Origin: Octopus vulgaris
Taxonomy: Eukaryota
Length of the DNA: 64,000 nt
Assembly: GCA_951406725.2 (NCBI GenBank)
Contig: OX597815.1
Span: 36,580,001-36,644,000 of the forward strand
Direction: 5' to 3'
The notes beneath the pieces were generated by a model. It was not told where the DNA came from. It worked only from the letters and a program-made list of their open reading frames with translations, and searched no databases. Below, piece after piece: positions 1 to 11,140 of the stretch (the stretch's first letter is position 1; every line of letters begins with the position of its first letter). The translations under genes and the position numbers were made by a program.

Positions 1-276
1 ATAGTGACTATTGTTGATAATTTTCTAAGCTTCACATGCTCCACCTTATGGAAAACACAAAACTGAAAGCTAATATAAACAACATGATTGTATGCAAACA
101 ATTGTAAGATCTGATGTTCATTTCAGAATTACTGTATTGACAATAATCTATGTGGATTCTTTTATTTTTTTCTTACTGGTTTCAGTTGTTTGACACTGTG
201 TGACCATGCTGGAGCACCATCTTCAAGGGTTTAATAGCACAGCTTATTTCAGTCTGGTATTTATTGCCAAACTGAA

Positions 277-291
277 ACACACACATGCACG

Positions 292-382
<91 letters not shown>

Positions 383-391
383 GCGCGCGCA

Positions 392-424
<33 letters not shown>

Positions 425-445
425 TACACACACACACATACACAC
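277..445. repeat. (CA)n/(CG)n microsatellite
   Basis: Direct reading. Confidence 0.98.
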
Positions 446-862
446 AAGGCTTCTGAACAGTTTCCATCTATCGAATTCTACTTTTGGGGGTTTGATCTGC
501 AAGTGATGATTGTACCTGTAGCCTTTGTGGCTTCCAAAATCATTGATATTGACAAAGTCTGCATGTTGATAGTTGAAAGATGGAAATGTGAAAGAGCCAA
601 CATTTTGGGAAAGTAAAATTGGATGAAGTGGCAAGTGTGAGCCTTGAATGAAAACACAATATGTGTGATAAGAAGACACAATATGTGTGAGTTGGGAATG
701 CCTGAATGGAAAAAGCACAAGACCAACTAGTTCCAAAATGCAGAGGCCTTTGTGGTAGGGATAGAAAAATTAGAGTGAGAAGACAGAAAGTTTGTGAACC
801 AGAAGTTGGAGGTATGTTGGTATGTGACTTCATGTCATTTGTTTTAAAGATATAGTCTAGAA

Positions 863-1552
863 CAGAGCTGGCCAACCTGTGGCCTGTGGGCTGCATGCAT
901 CCCACAGACTTTTCTCTTGCAGCCCACTTGATACTTTCTTGAAATAGGTTTATTTAAACAAACATTTAAAAAAATTTATCAAAAATTGAAGATTGCAATG
1001 ATTGGCACTCGAGCCCCGTGCTAGTAGGGTGTAAAGAGCACCATCCAAGCATGATTGTTGCCAGAGCAGCTATCTGGCCTCCGTGCCAGTGGCACGTAAA
1101 AGACACCATTCGAGTGTGATCATTACCAGCATCGCCTTACTGGCACCTGTGCTGGTGGCATGTATAAAAGATTTGAACGAGGTCATTGCTAGTACCGCCT
1201 GACTGTCCCCATGCCGGTGGCACGTAAAAGCACCCACTACACTCTTGGAGTGGTTTGCGTTAGGAAGGGCATCCAGCTGTAGAAACTCTGCCAGATCAAG
1301 ATTGAAGCCTGGTGCAGCCATCTGGTTCGCCAGCCCTCAGTCAAATCGTCCAACCCATGCTAGCATGGAAAGCGGATGTTAAACGATGATGATGATGATG
1401 AATTTCATGTTGAATCAAAGATCATTCATTCATTATTGTAATAATAGCATGAGAAAGCAGAATACTTTCAATTCTGTCAGTATACAAGCATTCCTCAAAA
1501 AACTTTCTGTGATTAAATTGGCCTACGATATAATTCAAGTTGGTTAGGCCTG
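863..1552. mobile_element. hAT/Charlie-type MITE, interrupted by an RTE tail
   Basis: CAGAGCTGGCCAAC...GTTGGTTAGGCCTG TIRs; 8-bp TSD GTCTAGAA/GTCTAGGA. Confidence 0.75.
1000..1400 (+). repeat. RTE 3'-end fragment with (GAT)n tail
   Basis: GGAAGGGCATCCAGC..CCAACCCATGCTAGCATGG..(GAT)n. Other + copies at about 15440-15592, 20720-20934, 25175-25788, 28305-28656, 52825-53208, 61709-61859. Confidence 0.8.
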
Positions 1553-2672
1553 GTCTAGGATGTTCCTTTTGGTAATTCAATAAGTTTCAACACTTAAGTG
1601 TTCAGAATAAACTGTCAAACTTTTGCTTTTAAGTCTAGGTTGGAATGTCTTTGATGATAGATTTACTGACTCATGACAGACTTTGGGCTGAACATCATAA
1701 ATATCACCTTTAATTATAGCTTGCAAGAAAGGCTATTAGTGTTAGAATCAGTGGAGCATCATTCAAAATGTCTGGTAGATTTTTTTGCTATGTACATTCA
1801 CATTCTGAGTTTGAATCCCATCATGGTAAACTTTGCCTTTCCAGGAGAAGAAAGGTGTTTGACCAAAATTTAATCAACTATATCCCAAAATGTGTGACTT
1901 TGTAGTACTGAAATTAGAAATCATGAAATGAAAAAACAAATATTTTTAAATATCAAATAAACAGTTTTTCCAAAGAATGAAATTCAAAAACAAACTTTGT
2001 GGGAGGATATTTAACACATCTGTTTCTAAGAATAACAATACAATCTAGAACCAAAAATAAGTTTCATCCTATATCCGTTGCAGGTCAGCATTCTTTACAA
2101 TTTCAAGATTTCCATGTGCCAGAGACATCATAAGAAAAGTTGTCTGATAGCAGATATATTCCTAAAAATAATCTTATTTCCAAAATGCCCAGAATATTTA
2201 GAATGTTGTTGTATTACAAATAAATCAAAATGAGGAAACAATTATTTACAAATTTCTCCCACCGTACTGCCCATCCTTCTTTGTTTTTAATGCTTGCCAA
2301 ATTAGAAACGGAAAAAGGTATTTCATAACTAACTAGATTCTATTAATAGTTTCTAACATAGGAACAAGGCCAGAAGCTTGAAGGAAATAATGAGTCAATT
2401 AAATCAACCCCAGCACTTGATGAACAATATGTCTTACCACAGCAGGATTTGAACTTAGAACATAAAGAGCTGAAACAAGTACTACAAGCCATTTTGTCTG
2501 ATGCACAAATGAGTCTGCTAATCAACTATTCTAATTGCCAATCCACAACTCTTTTGTGTTAACTGACTGATTAATCCCAGTACTTGACAGATACTTGTTT
2601 TATTCCATCATGGAAAAAAGAAAAACAAAAATAACCTTTGAACTCAGAATGTACAGAGGTGTAACAAAACAC

Positions 2673-3098
2673 GGATCTTTTCGGTTTGAATGGCAGTTTT
2701 TTCTAGCGGTGTCATATGAAACTGTCCCCCATAATTATGACCCTAGAATCGATCTATTGCATTTCAATCTCTTTTAGGGTTAGGGTTAGTTAGGGTTAGG
2801 GGTGGGGGAAGGGTATCTTTTTTCTTCACAAATGTAAATAAACCCAATCTGTTTCTTAAATGAGCAACATATTCATATGGCACAGAATGCTTTTTAACTC
2901 AATAGATGTCATTGATTGGTTGAAATTGCAGAAATTGAAGAAAAAAAAACAACAAATATCTTACAAACTATAGAATTTTCTCAATAAAGCCAAGAGAAAA
3001 AGATGTTTTATAAACACATTCTACCAGTATACGAAGTTTAAAATTTTTTAGTTACCTAGAAATTATGTTAAAAACTGCAGTTCAAACTGAAAAGATCC
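2673..3098. mobile_element. TIR element carrying internal (TTAGGG)n
   Basis: GGATCTTTTCGGTTTGAATGGCAGTTTT / AAAACTGCAGTTCAAACTGAAAAGATCC; TTAGGG units at 2775-2801. Confidence 0.7.
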
Positions 3099-3559
3099 CA
3101 AAATACCACAAGGTATTTTTGTTCAGCACTCAGCAAATTCTCCCATTCAGTCCTAATAGTAATGTCGTCTAACCTAATAATAATGTTTTCTAACTTCAGC
3201 ACAAGGCCAAAGTTCATCATATTGAAAGAGAGTTGACTGTGAATGCAGATTGCATAGAGCAGAAGATAATAGGTGCAACAGAGCATTTAACTATACCAAA
3301 AAAATAACGATAAAGACAGTAAATTTGAACCATGCTTAACAACCAACCCAGATAGTAATGTGTTCTGGAAATAGTTTATGATCAAAACTGAGTCTCCATT
3401 CTCTAATCATGCCTCTCCATAGCTGTGAAACAAGTCAGTTTACTGACAACTACACAGAGTGCATTAAACTTATTGCCAAATGCTATGCTGGCATTTTCAA
3501 TGTTGCAAAGGACACCAAATTCTATAACATCTCTTGAATTTACTCCTGGAGTGCTGTAA

Positions 3560-4364
3560 TGTCACCTCAAGGATATACAAAACTATGCTTTGTCTGACTT
3601 TGATGGTGTAACTTATCTGCTTTTCAGACACGGTGGCCTCTTTCTATGGCACCAACTTTCACTCCTCTTCCAATTCTATCTTAATAATTACATTACCTCA
3701 GAACATTGGAAAATAGCCAGTATTATTCTTCTGTTCAAAAAAGGTAACCACCACATACCCCCTGTCAATTACTTCATCCAGTTAGTTTCATGAGCTGTAT
3801 TGATAAATTGATGGAGCCCTGTATCAGAAAGACACACAGGAACTTCTGAAACTCTCAAAACCTTTTTCAACTCTCATGCAATCTGACCCCACTCTTGGAG
3901 ATCTGACCACAGCAGCTTAGCAGGTTAAGATGGCTGTGGTGACCAGCAAGCTGTAGGTTTTGCATTGGTTTTACTGGTGAGTTGCCTTACAGGACCAAAG
4001 AGCTCCACCTATCCTGTCTAGTGCAATCCCAGAGTCAGAATTGGTGCCTGACCTGGGAATCCATGTGAGCAATGATGCATCATTCCATGTGCATAGTACT
4101 AAGATAGAACACTGCAGGCAAGTGGCTGGTTGAGTTCTGAGACCATTCAGAACCAGGAAGAAGGAGACTATTCTACTCCTATGGAGAACATTTGTTCTCA
4201 GCTGTCTGTATTACTGCTTCTCACTGTGGTCACAACAAAATACCAAATTAGGTGTGGAACTTGAAGCCATCCAATGCTACAATACAGAGAAGATTGACTG
4301 CTGGGAGAGGCTAAAATAACTGAAGTTCTACTCCCTAAAGAGAAAATGTGAAAGATATGCAGTG

Positions 4365-4404
<40 letters not shown>

Positions 4405-5020
4405 GGATAATATCGATATTTAAATATCAATATTATCAAGTGGCCAGCATGGGAATAAATACCATACAAAGGTAATAATTTTTTACAACTATAAATAAGG
4501 GTATCTGAGAGACACCACCATGCCGAAATAGCAGTCAAATCCCTGACACTAAAAACCACCTAAAATGTTCATATCGAGTTATATATATATATATGTATAT
4601 ATATGTGTGGAAGATCATTGACGGCCAGCTCCCAATTTTGGGATTGAAAACCATACCAACTACTGAACTGGGTGCCACTGCATTTTACAAAAGATCCCAT
4701 CCTCTCCATCAAATGTAAGAACACAGAACTGTAACAGCTTAAGTTTTGAAGGCCCACAACTTTTCAACAGTCCACTAAACAACCTTTGAGATCTGCATGT
4801 TGTAGATGTGGATGTTTTCAAATAACATTCAGACAAATTTTTATCTGAGGTACCTGATGAACCTGCATTACAGCAGGAAACACAAAAAATGCAGCTCTGT
4901 CGAACTTGCTACTCCACTTGAGACAATTCCAAAAACAAAGTCAGGAAGTGTGAAATAAAATCCAATCACAGTAACCCAGCATGGCTGCAGCCTTTGGCTG
5001 ATATCAGTAGAAACAAACAA
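3560..5020 (+). mobile_element. Decayed CR1/L2-like LINE, same family as the 63-kb copy
   Basis: WKIASIILLFKKG..NY RT motif; 4020-4340 and 4620-5010 align with the reverse complement of 63.2-63.95 kb. Confidence 0.7.
4399..4580 (+). mobile_element. Probable Penelope-like terminal fragment with decayed hammerhead (4499-4542)
   Basis: GGGUAU-CUGA-GA-GACA(ccacca)UGCC-GAAAU(agca)GUC-AAAUCC, flanked by (TA)n, interrupting a LINE. Confidence 0.5.
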
Positions 5021-5538
5021 AAAAAATGGTACCTTGGGCAAGTGTTTTCTACTATAGTCTTGGCCTGACCAAAGCTTTGTGAGTGCATTTGCTTGACAGA
5101 AATTGAAAGAAGCCAGTTGTATATATCATCATCATCATCATCATCATTTAGCGTCCGCTTTCCATGCTAGCATGGGTTGGACGGGTCAACTGGGGTCTGT
5201 GAAGCTGGAAGGCTTCGTCAGGCCCAGTCAGATCTGGCAGTGTTTCTACAGCTGGATGCCCTTCCTAACGCCAACCACTCCGCGAGTGTAGTGGGTGTTT
5301 TTTACGTGCCACCTGCACGTATATATATATATATATACACGTGTGTGTGTGTGTTTGTCCCCAACCACTGCTTGACAACTTAGCTGCTTGGCAAAACAGA
5401 CCAATAGAAAAGGTGCCAAATTTTAAAAAAAATAACACTGGGGTCAAGTCATTCAACTAACAATTCTTCAAGGTGGTGCCCCAGCATGGCCACAGTCTAA
5501 TGATTGAAACAAGTAAAAGATGAAAGATGAAAAAAAGA

Positions 5539-5549
5539 TACATACATAC

Positions 5550-5622
<73 letters not shown>

Positions 5623-5643
5623 CATACATACATACATACATGC

Positions 5644-5712
<69 letters not shown>
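5539..5712. repeat. Compound (TATC)n(CATA)n(TA)n microsatellite
   Basis: Direct reading. Confidence 0.98.
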
Positions 5713-5715
<3 letters not shown>

Positions 5716-6180
5716 TCATCATGATCATCATCATTTAACGTCCGCTTTCCATGCTAGTATGGGTTGGACGATTAGACTGAGGTCTGGCGAACCAGATGAC
5801 TGCACCAGGCTCCAATCTTGATCTGGCAGAGTTTCTACAGTTGAATGCTCTTCCTAACGCCTATCAATCTGAGAGTGTGGGGGATGCTTTTATGTGCCAC
5901 CGGCACAGGAGCTAGTCCAGTGGTGCTGGCAACAACTTTGCTCAAATGTTTTTTCACGTGCCACCAGCACAAGTGCTAGTAAGGCGATGCAGGTAATGAT
6001 CACGCTCAAATGTTGCTTTTTACATGCCACCGGTATGGAAGCCAGTTTGTTGCTCTGGCAACTATCACGCTCGGATGGTACTCTTAGCGCTCCACTAGCA
6101 CGGATGCCAGTCATCGAAGTTGATTTCGATTTCGATTTCCTCAACAGGTCTTCGCAAGCAGAGTTTAGTGTCCAATGAAG
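5713..6180 (-). repeat. RTE 3'-end fragment, minus orientation
   Basis: (CAT)n..CCATGCTAGYATGG start on +. Other - copies at about 5126-5316, 17839-18210, 23568-23935, 33218-33570, 33848-34155, 41906-42236. Confidence 0.8.
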
Positions 6181-6184
6181 GATT

Positions 6185-7315
6185 AGCTTCAACCACAGCC
6201 TCCAGACGCCTTCGGAATCTCCTGCAACTCTTCTGGACTGTCTCCTTGTTTAAGTTGGTGAATGCTGCCATAATCCTTGCCTTCAGTTCAACTTTGATGT
6301 TACAAGGAGTTTTGTTGGTCTCTCACTCAACTGTACCCCACACATAATAATCAAGAGGGATGCAGTCTGGAGAGTTAGGTGGCCAGATGTTAGGGGTGAT
6401 GTGGTTGCAGAAATTGTCTGACAGTCATGACTGGGTTCTCCTGCTTATGTGGCATAGTGCAGAGTCCTGTTGCCAGACATAGGGTATTCCAGCAGCCAGC
6501 CTCTTACCCAGGGCAGCACCTCCTCCTTCAGGCACTTGAGGTAGGCCTCTGTGTTGAGTGTGAGGCTGTGTAGGAAGATGAATGGAGGCATAACATTGTC
6601 ATCACTAGTGATCCCTCCAACACCATGATGTTAACTGGATGTTTGATTTTTAAACACTTGGTACATGTTTCGGGGACACAGCAAGCCAGCAGTTGTTCTG
6701 TGTGTTCACCATCTGATCCTGGCTGAAGATTTTCTTGTCTGAGAAAAACCAAAGCATGTTCGGTTGGAGGAGATGCTTGAGTTTGTTCAAAAAATTCATA
6801 GGACAGTTTTTCCTCTTGTCCTTGACGGCTTGGGATAAAAGTTGGCCCTTTCTCAGCTTGTATGAAGAATACCGATTATTTTCATGCACTACCTGCCTGA
6901 TAGGAAACTCAGACACTACCATGTCCCTGGCGATGGATCTGATTGACTTGGAGGTATTGTTGTCAATCATGGCCTGGATCTCACCAACAAATTCGGGAGT
7001 TCTTTTCTTATCAGAACGATCAGAGTGAGTTTTCCGAGCTCCTGTACCTTTGTAATCACCATTAGATTCATCCAACTCTTTACGAATCAAACACTCTGAA
7101 ATATTCAAATTGGAGCTTCTGGTGTGAATGCCAAGCAGCACAGCATGTCATTTCCAAATTTCTGGCAGAGCGAATTGCATCATAATGCTGTTTTTCTCAC
7201 AGATGGTGCCCAATTGACCCTATTAATATAATAGGGTCAACAAAATCAAAAACAAACAATGCACATGCATGAAATTAAAAATATAAAATGGCAACAATTT
7301 ACCCATCGCACCCTG
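6185..7315 (-). mobile_element. Tc1/mariner DD37D (maT) transposon, pseudogenised transposase
   Basis: WFFSDKK..QQD-37aa-D (WPPNSPDCIPLDY), stops and frameshifts; terminus TA|CAGGGTGCG. Confidence 0.88.
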
Positions 7316-7895
7316 TATGTATACATACATAAATATACATATATATACAAACACACACACAAACAAGACTTTCATTCATATGCATGTGTGTGTGTGTGTG
7401 AGCGATGACTGTGAAACTGTTTATTGTTTGCATTGAGAACCAGTTGACACTGATATATATAAATGAATGAAAGCCATGGATGATAGCACTTGACAATAAT
7501 AAGCTGGATTGTTGACAGTTTGAATACATAACCTCAACACTTACTTTTTAATGGCCAAGTTACCTAGCTGTAAGTGGAAACCAATTAGATTGAGGATAAA
7601 AAGTAACTGATTTTATATAATACATATATTGTAGGATGGGTGACATATTTGATTATCTTGGTTTCTTTGGACGAATAAGTTTTCTATGACACTGATTATG
7701 TCTAAAAGCTTCATAGTAGAATGCAAATATTAAAGCTCAGTGCAGATTATGTAAGAGAGATGTGGTAGTCTTGTATAATTGAAAAACTTGAATGAACGCA
7801 ATTTTCATTGAGTATTTGAAGCACAGAAGCAAAATTTAAAAATATAAGTTTTTCCATAAAGATAATCACTTCTATCTATCTTTCTATTTATTCTA

Positions 7896-8170
7896 TTGTG
7901 TCTGAGGAGAGTAATTTTCTTTTTGTGCCTTATTATGTAACACGCTCACCGGTAAAATTTCCACGTTTTTCTTATTTTTATTGTCCTAAAATTTTCGTTG
8001 CGCCTTGCAACCTTTTCAATAGTTTTGACTCTGTCTGGAAATTTTACCAGTGAGTGTGTTACATAATAAGACACAAAAAGAAAATGACTCTCCCCAGACA
8101 CAACAGAATATGCTTCAACACATGAACTCATATAAAGAATCTTGCAAACCAAATCCAAAAACGAAATATT
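7896..8170. mobile_element. Inverted-repeat element, probable Penelope-like terminal repeat
   Basis: 68-bp arms 7896-7963 / 8036-8103; hammerhead-like motif in the loop; related fragment at about 55613-55719. Confidence 0.6.
7986..8022 (-). ncRNA. Minimal hammerhead-like motif with U3:A8 core variant
   Basis: CUA-UUGAAAA-G-GUUGC(aaggc)GCAAC-GAA-AAUU-U-UAG. Confidence 0.6.
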
Positions 8171-8904
8171 TCTATTTATTGTACTGCATGGTATATTAGA
8201 CATGCATTTTTTCCAAAGAAAGTCTCAAAAAGAGAAAAAGAACACCCCAGATCTTAGATGTGATGTTGGGCTTCTCATAAACTTTAATGCCCTAAAAACT
8301 CTTTTTGCACCTGAATATGTGCTGCTGCAACTGGGGTGTGTCTAATATGACTACATTTTTTATGCTATCAGATATGGTAGGACCTCCATCAATTAAAAAC
8401 AGACCTTGTTTATGCATCTGTATGTGCCAGCTGGGCTAAGATGTATGGGGGTGGATGCTTTCTATGCTGGTATGGGTTTGATGGTTTGACAAGAGCTGGT
8501 TAGCCAGCAGACTGCACCATGCTTTACTGTTTGTTTTGGCATGGTTTTTACAGCTGGATGCCCTTCCTAACACCAAGCATCCCTGCAGAGTGGACTGAGT
8601 GCTTTTTACATGGCATGAGCATAGGTAAGGTCAGTTTTGGCATAGTTTTTACAACTAGATGCCCTTTCCAAATGCCAACCACTTTACAGTGTGGACTGGA
8701 TGCTTTTCACATGGCAGGGTCACCAATACCTTGCAAGACAAAGATCCTTTGAGAGAGGAGGAGGCATTGGAGGAGGTGATCATGTGTCAGAGGATGAAAG
8801 GTTAGAGAGTGACAGAAAGACAGAAACAGGTGTCCTGCTGTGGAGGAGATATATGGTTACCCAGTCAGATGGTTAGTAGCTTGTGCTCTTATCCACCACA
8901 ATAT

Positions 8905-9170
8905 ATACCTAGTATAGTGAATAAGAGCGTGGGCTACTAACCTTCGGATTCTGAGTTCAATCCCTGGCAGTGACTTGGGAAAATAATATCAACAAAAGAT
9001 AACATCAGCAAAAAAAAAAAGAATATCTTAGGAATGAGAACAGAGTACTCCATTAGTCAAATAAAGGGTTGGGTTTGAAATTCCAACAGAACACTTGAAG
9101 AGGGCTGGAGAGTACATCAGTTGAAACATTGTGGTAACAACAAACAAGGTGAGGACACCTATCCATCTGT
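8905..9170 (+). mobile_element. tRNA-headed SINE-like element with decayed hammerhead
   Basis: A-box-like TAGTATAGTGA, anticodon-arm-like GG-CTACTAA-CC, B-box-like GAGTTCAATCCC; hammerhead-like motif at 9092-9133. Confidence 0.5.
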
Positions 9171-9784
9171 AGCATAGACTTGGGTGAAATTCTTCTCTCC
9201 TTTTATTATATACACATGCATCCGAATGTAGCAGGGAACAGCTAGCCTATGGCCGTTAGCTGAATCCCATTGTGTCCACTACAGTGATTGGTTGGTATTG
9301 GCGCAATTTATCTCTTACTTGGTCATGCCAACTTACCATGTATAACCAATCAGAGGTTCTAAATAGTATCACATGGGACAGTCTGTTTACTGCCCTGTTT
9401 GAGCCTACAGCTCCTTATAAAAACTCAGCTTTTCCTCGTTTCGATGTCTTTGGTTCTAGACCTTAAAAGGTTTAGTCACTGACCACAAAGACATAACCAG
9501 TTCCAGCGACAACACCGCGACCACAGCAGCTATGTTGAGACTTACCAACTTCGTCCAACAGTATTACAGCAACCTCCTTCTTCATCGCTACCATCATGTC
9601 CTTAATGTCATCAATATCTCTCTACATATACAGCTCAGCAAGCAATTCACCCAGGTTCTAACCATCCACTGTTCATGAATTACTTTACCATGGATCAACA
9701 GCAAATATACAACTTGTACAAACTCCTGTACAAGTGACCTAAGCAGTAACATCACAGCCATGACTTCACATATGATATGTACCT

Positions 9785-9984
9785 ATTTCTTTAAACAAGG
9801 ACAGACATAGGTATTAAGTCGATTACATCGACCCTAGTGCATAACTGGTACTTAATTTATTGACCCCGAGAGGATGAAAGGCAAAGTCGACCTTGGTGGA
9901 ATTTGAACTCACAACGTAACCGCAGACGAATACCACTAAGCATTTCACCCGGTGTGCTAACATCTCTGCCAGCTCACCGCCATC
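9785..9984 (-). mobile_element. SINE family B with 12-bp TSD
   Basis: TSD TGATATGTACCT at 9773-9784 and 9985-9996. Confidence 0.8.
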
Positions 9985-10734
9985 TGATATGTACCTGTAA
10001 CTGGCTCAGCATCATGGCTGTGAATTCTTGATACAGTGTTTCAACTACCGTGTACTATTGACTACGAACTGGTATTCTTATCTTTCTTGTGTCTATGAAC
10101 TTAGTCCTCACTTCGATGGCTATACTCTCTTTCACTGTCTCTTCTTCATTGCCATCCTTATATGTTCTTAACACACACACATATCTAGGCCTACACTCAC
10201 ACATACATTTTGTTCTCATGACGCCTGTCTATTATTCTGTATACATGATGCACACACAGACATACACGTTAACATATCAATGTTTTCTTAATGATTCTTA
10301 TGTGGTTGTCTTTTCCCATCTGGCATTTAAATGTTCCATTCATTTTTCCTTCATTGTAATGGCTGTGTGGTGTAGTATGAAAGAGCCATTCTCGTCACCT
10401 CACATTACATGGCCCTTACACATCCATTGTAAATAATGTACATAAATCCCCATCTAAAAAATATAGAATAATACAATATCTTGTTGATATTTGAATGTTA
10501 GTGTCATGATAGGACTATATATCTAGTGACCTATATATCAGTTTGGTGCAACCAAACCTGTTTTAGTGAACTGTACTGCAAGAGTTAATGACTGGAAATT
10601 TTGGAATAGCAACTAACAATGTAAACTTACATGATCAGTTATGCCAGAGACGATTCATAATATCCTTGGTGTCTGACAGATCTTAAAGTTCAGAAGGAAT
10701 TTGAGCATGTGGTGATAGATTGAAAAGTTTTCAA

Positions 10735-11140
10735 TACTCTTTTACTCTTTTACTTGTTTCAGTCATTTGATTGCAGCCATGCTGGAGCACCGCCTTTAAT
10801 CAAGCAAATTGACCCCAGGACTTATTCTTTGCAAGCCTAGTATTTATTCTATCGGTTTCTTTTGCCGAACCACTAAGTTACGGGGACGTAAACACACTAG
10901 CATCGGTTGTCAAGCGATGTTGGGGGGGACAAACACAGACACACAAACACACACACACATATATATACATATACATATATACAATGGGCTTCTTTCAGTT
11001 TCCATCTACCAAATCCACTCACAAGGCTTTGGTCGGCCCAAGGCTATAATAGAAGACACTTGCCCAAGTTGCCACGCAGTGGGACTTAACCCGGAACCAT
11101 GTTATTGACAAGCAAGCTACTTACCACACAGCCACTCCTG
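10735..11140 (-). mobile_element. Full-length tRNA-derived SINE, family A (LINE-like 3' tail)
   Basis: Head GGAGTGGCTGTGTGGTAAG..GGTTCCGGGTTAAGTCCC; tail GGTGCTCCAGCATGG..(GTAAAAGA)n. Other copies at about 170-490, 5028-5535, 57395-57713. Confidence 0.85.

Noticed and set aside
182-736. Long ORFs rich in HT/CV/IY dipeptides (also at 5520, 59418, 61445)
   Set aside because: Translations of microsatellites, not genes.
2775-2801. TTAGGG repeats as a telomere or fusion site
   Set aside because: Only about 4 units, internal to a TIR element.
4853-4885. CUGAUGA-ACCUGC..GCAG-GAAAC hammerhead look-alike
   Set aside because: Lies in LINE coding sequence (VPDEP), has no stem I/III partner, and the homologous copy at 63.3 kb lacks it.
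8905-8972. Functional tRNA gene (and tRNA-like SINE heads elsewhere)
   Set aside because: Arms pair poorly and the heads are attached to repeat bodies; treated as SINE-derived.
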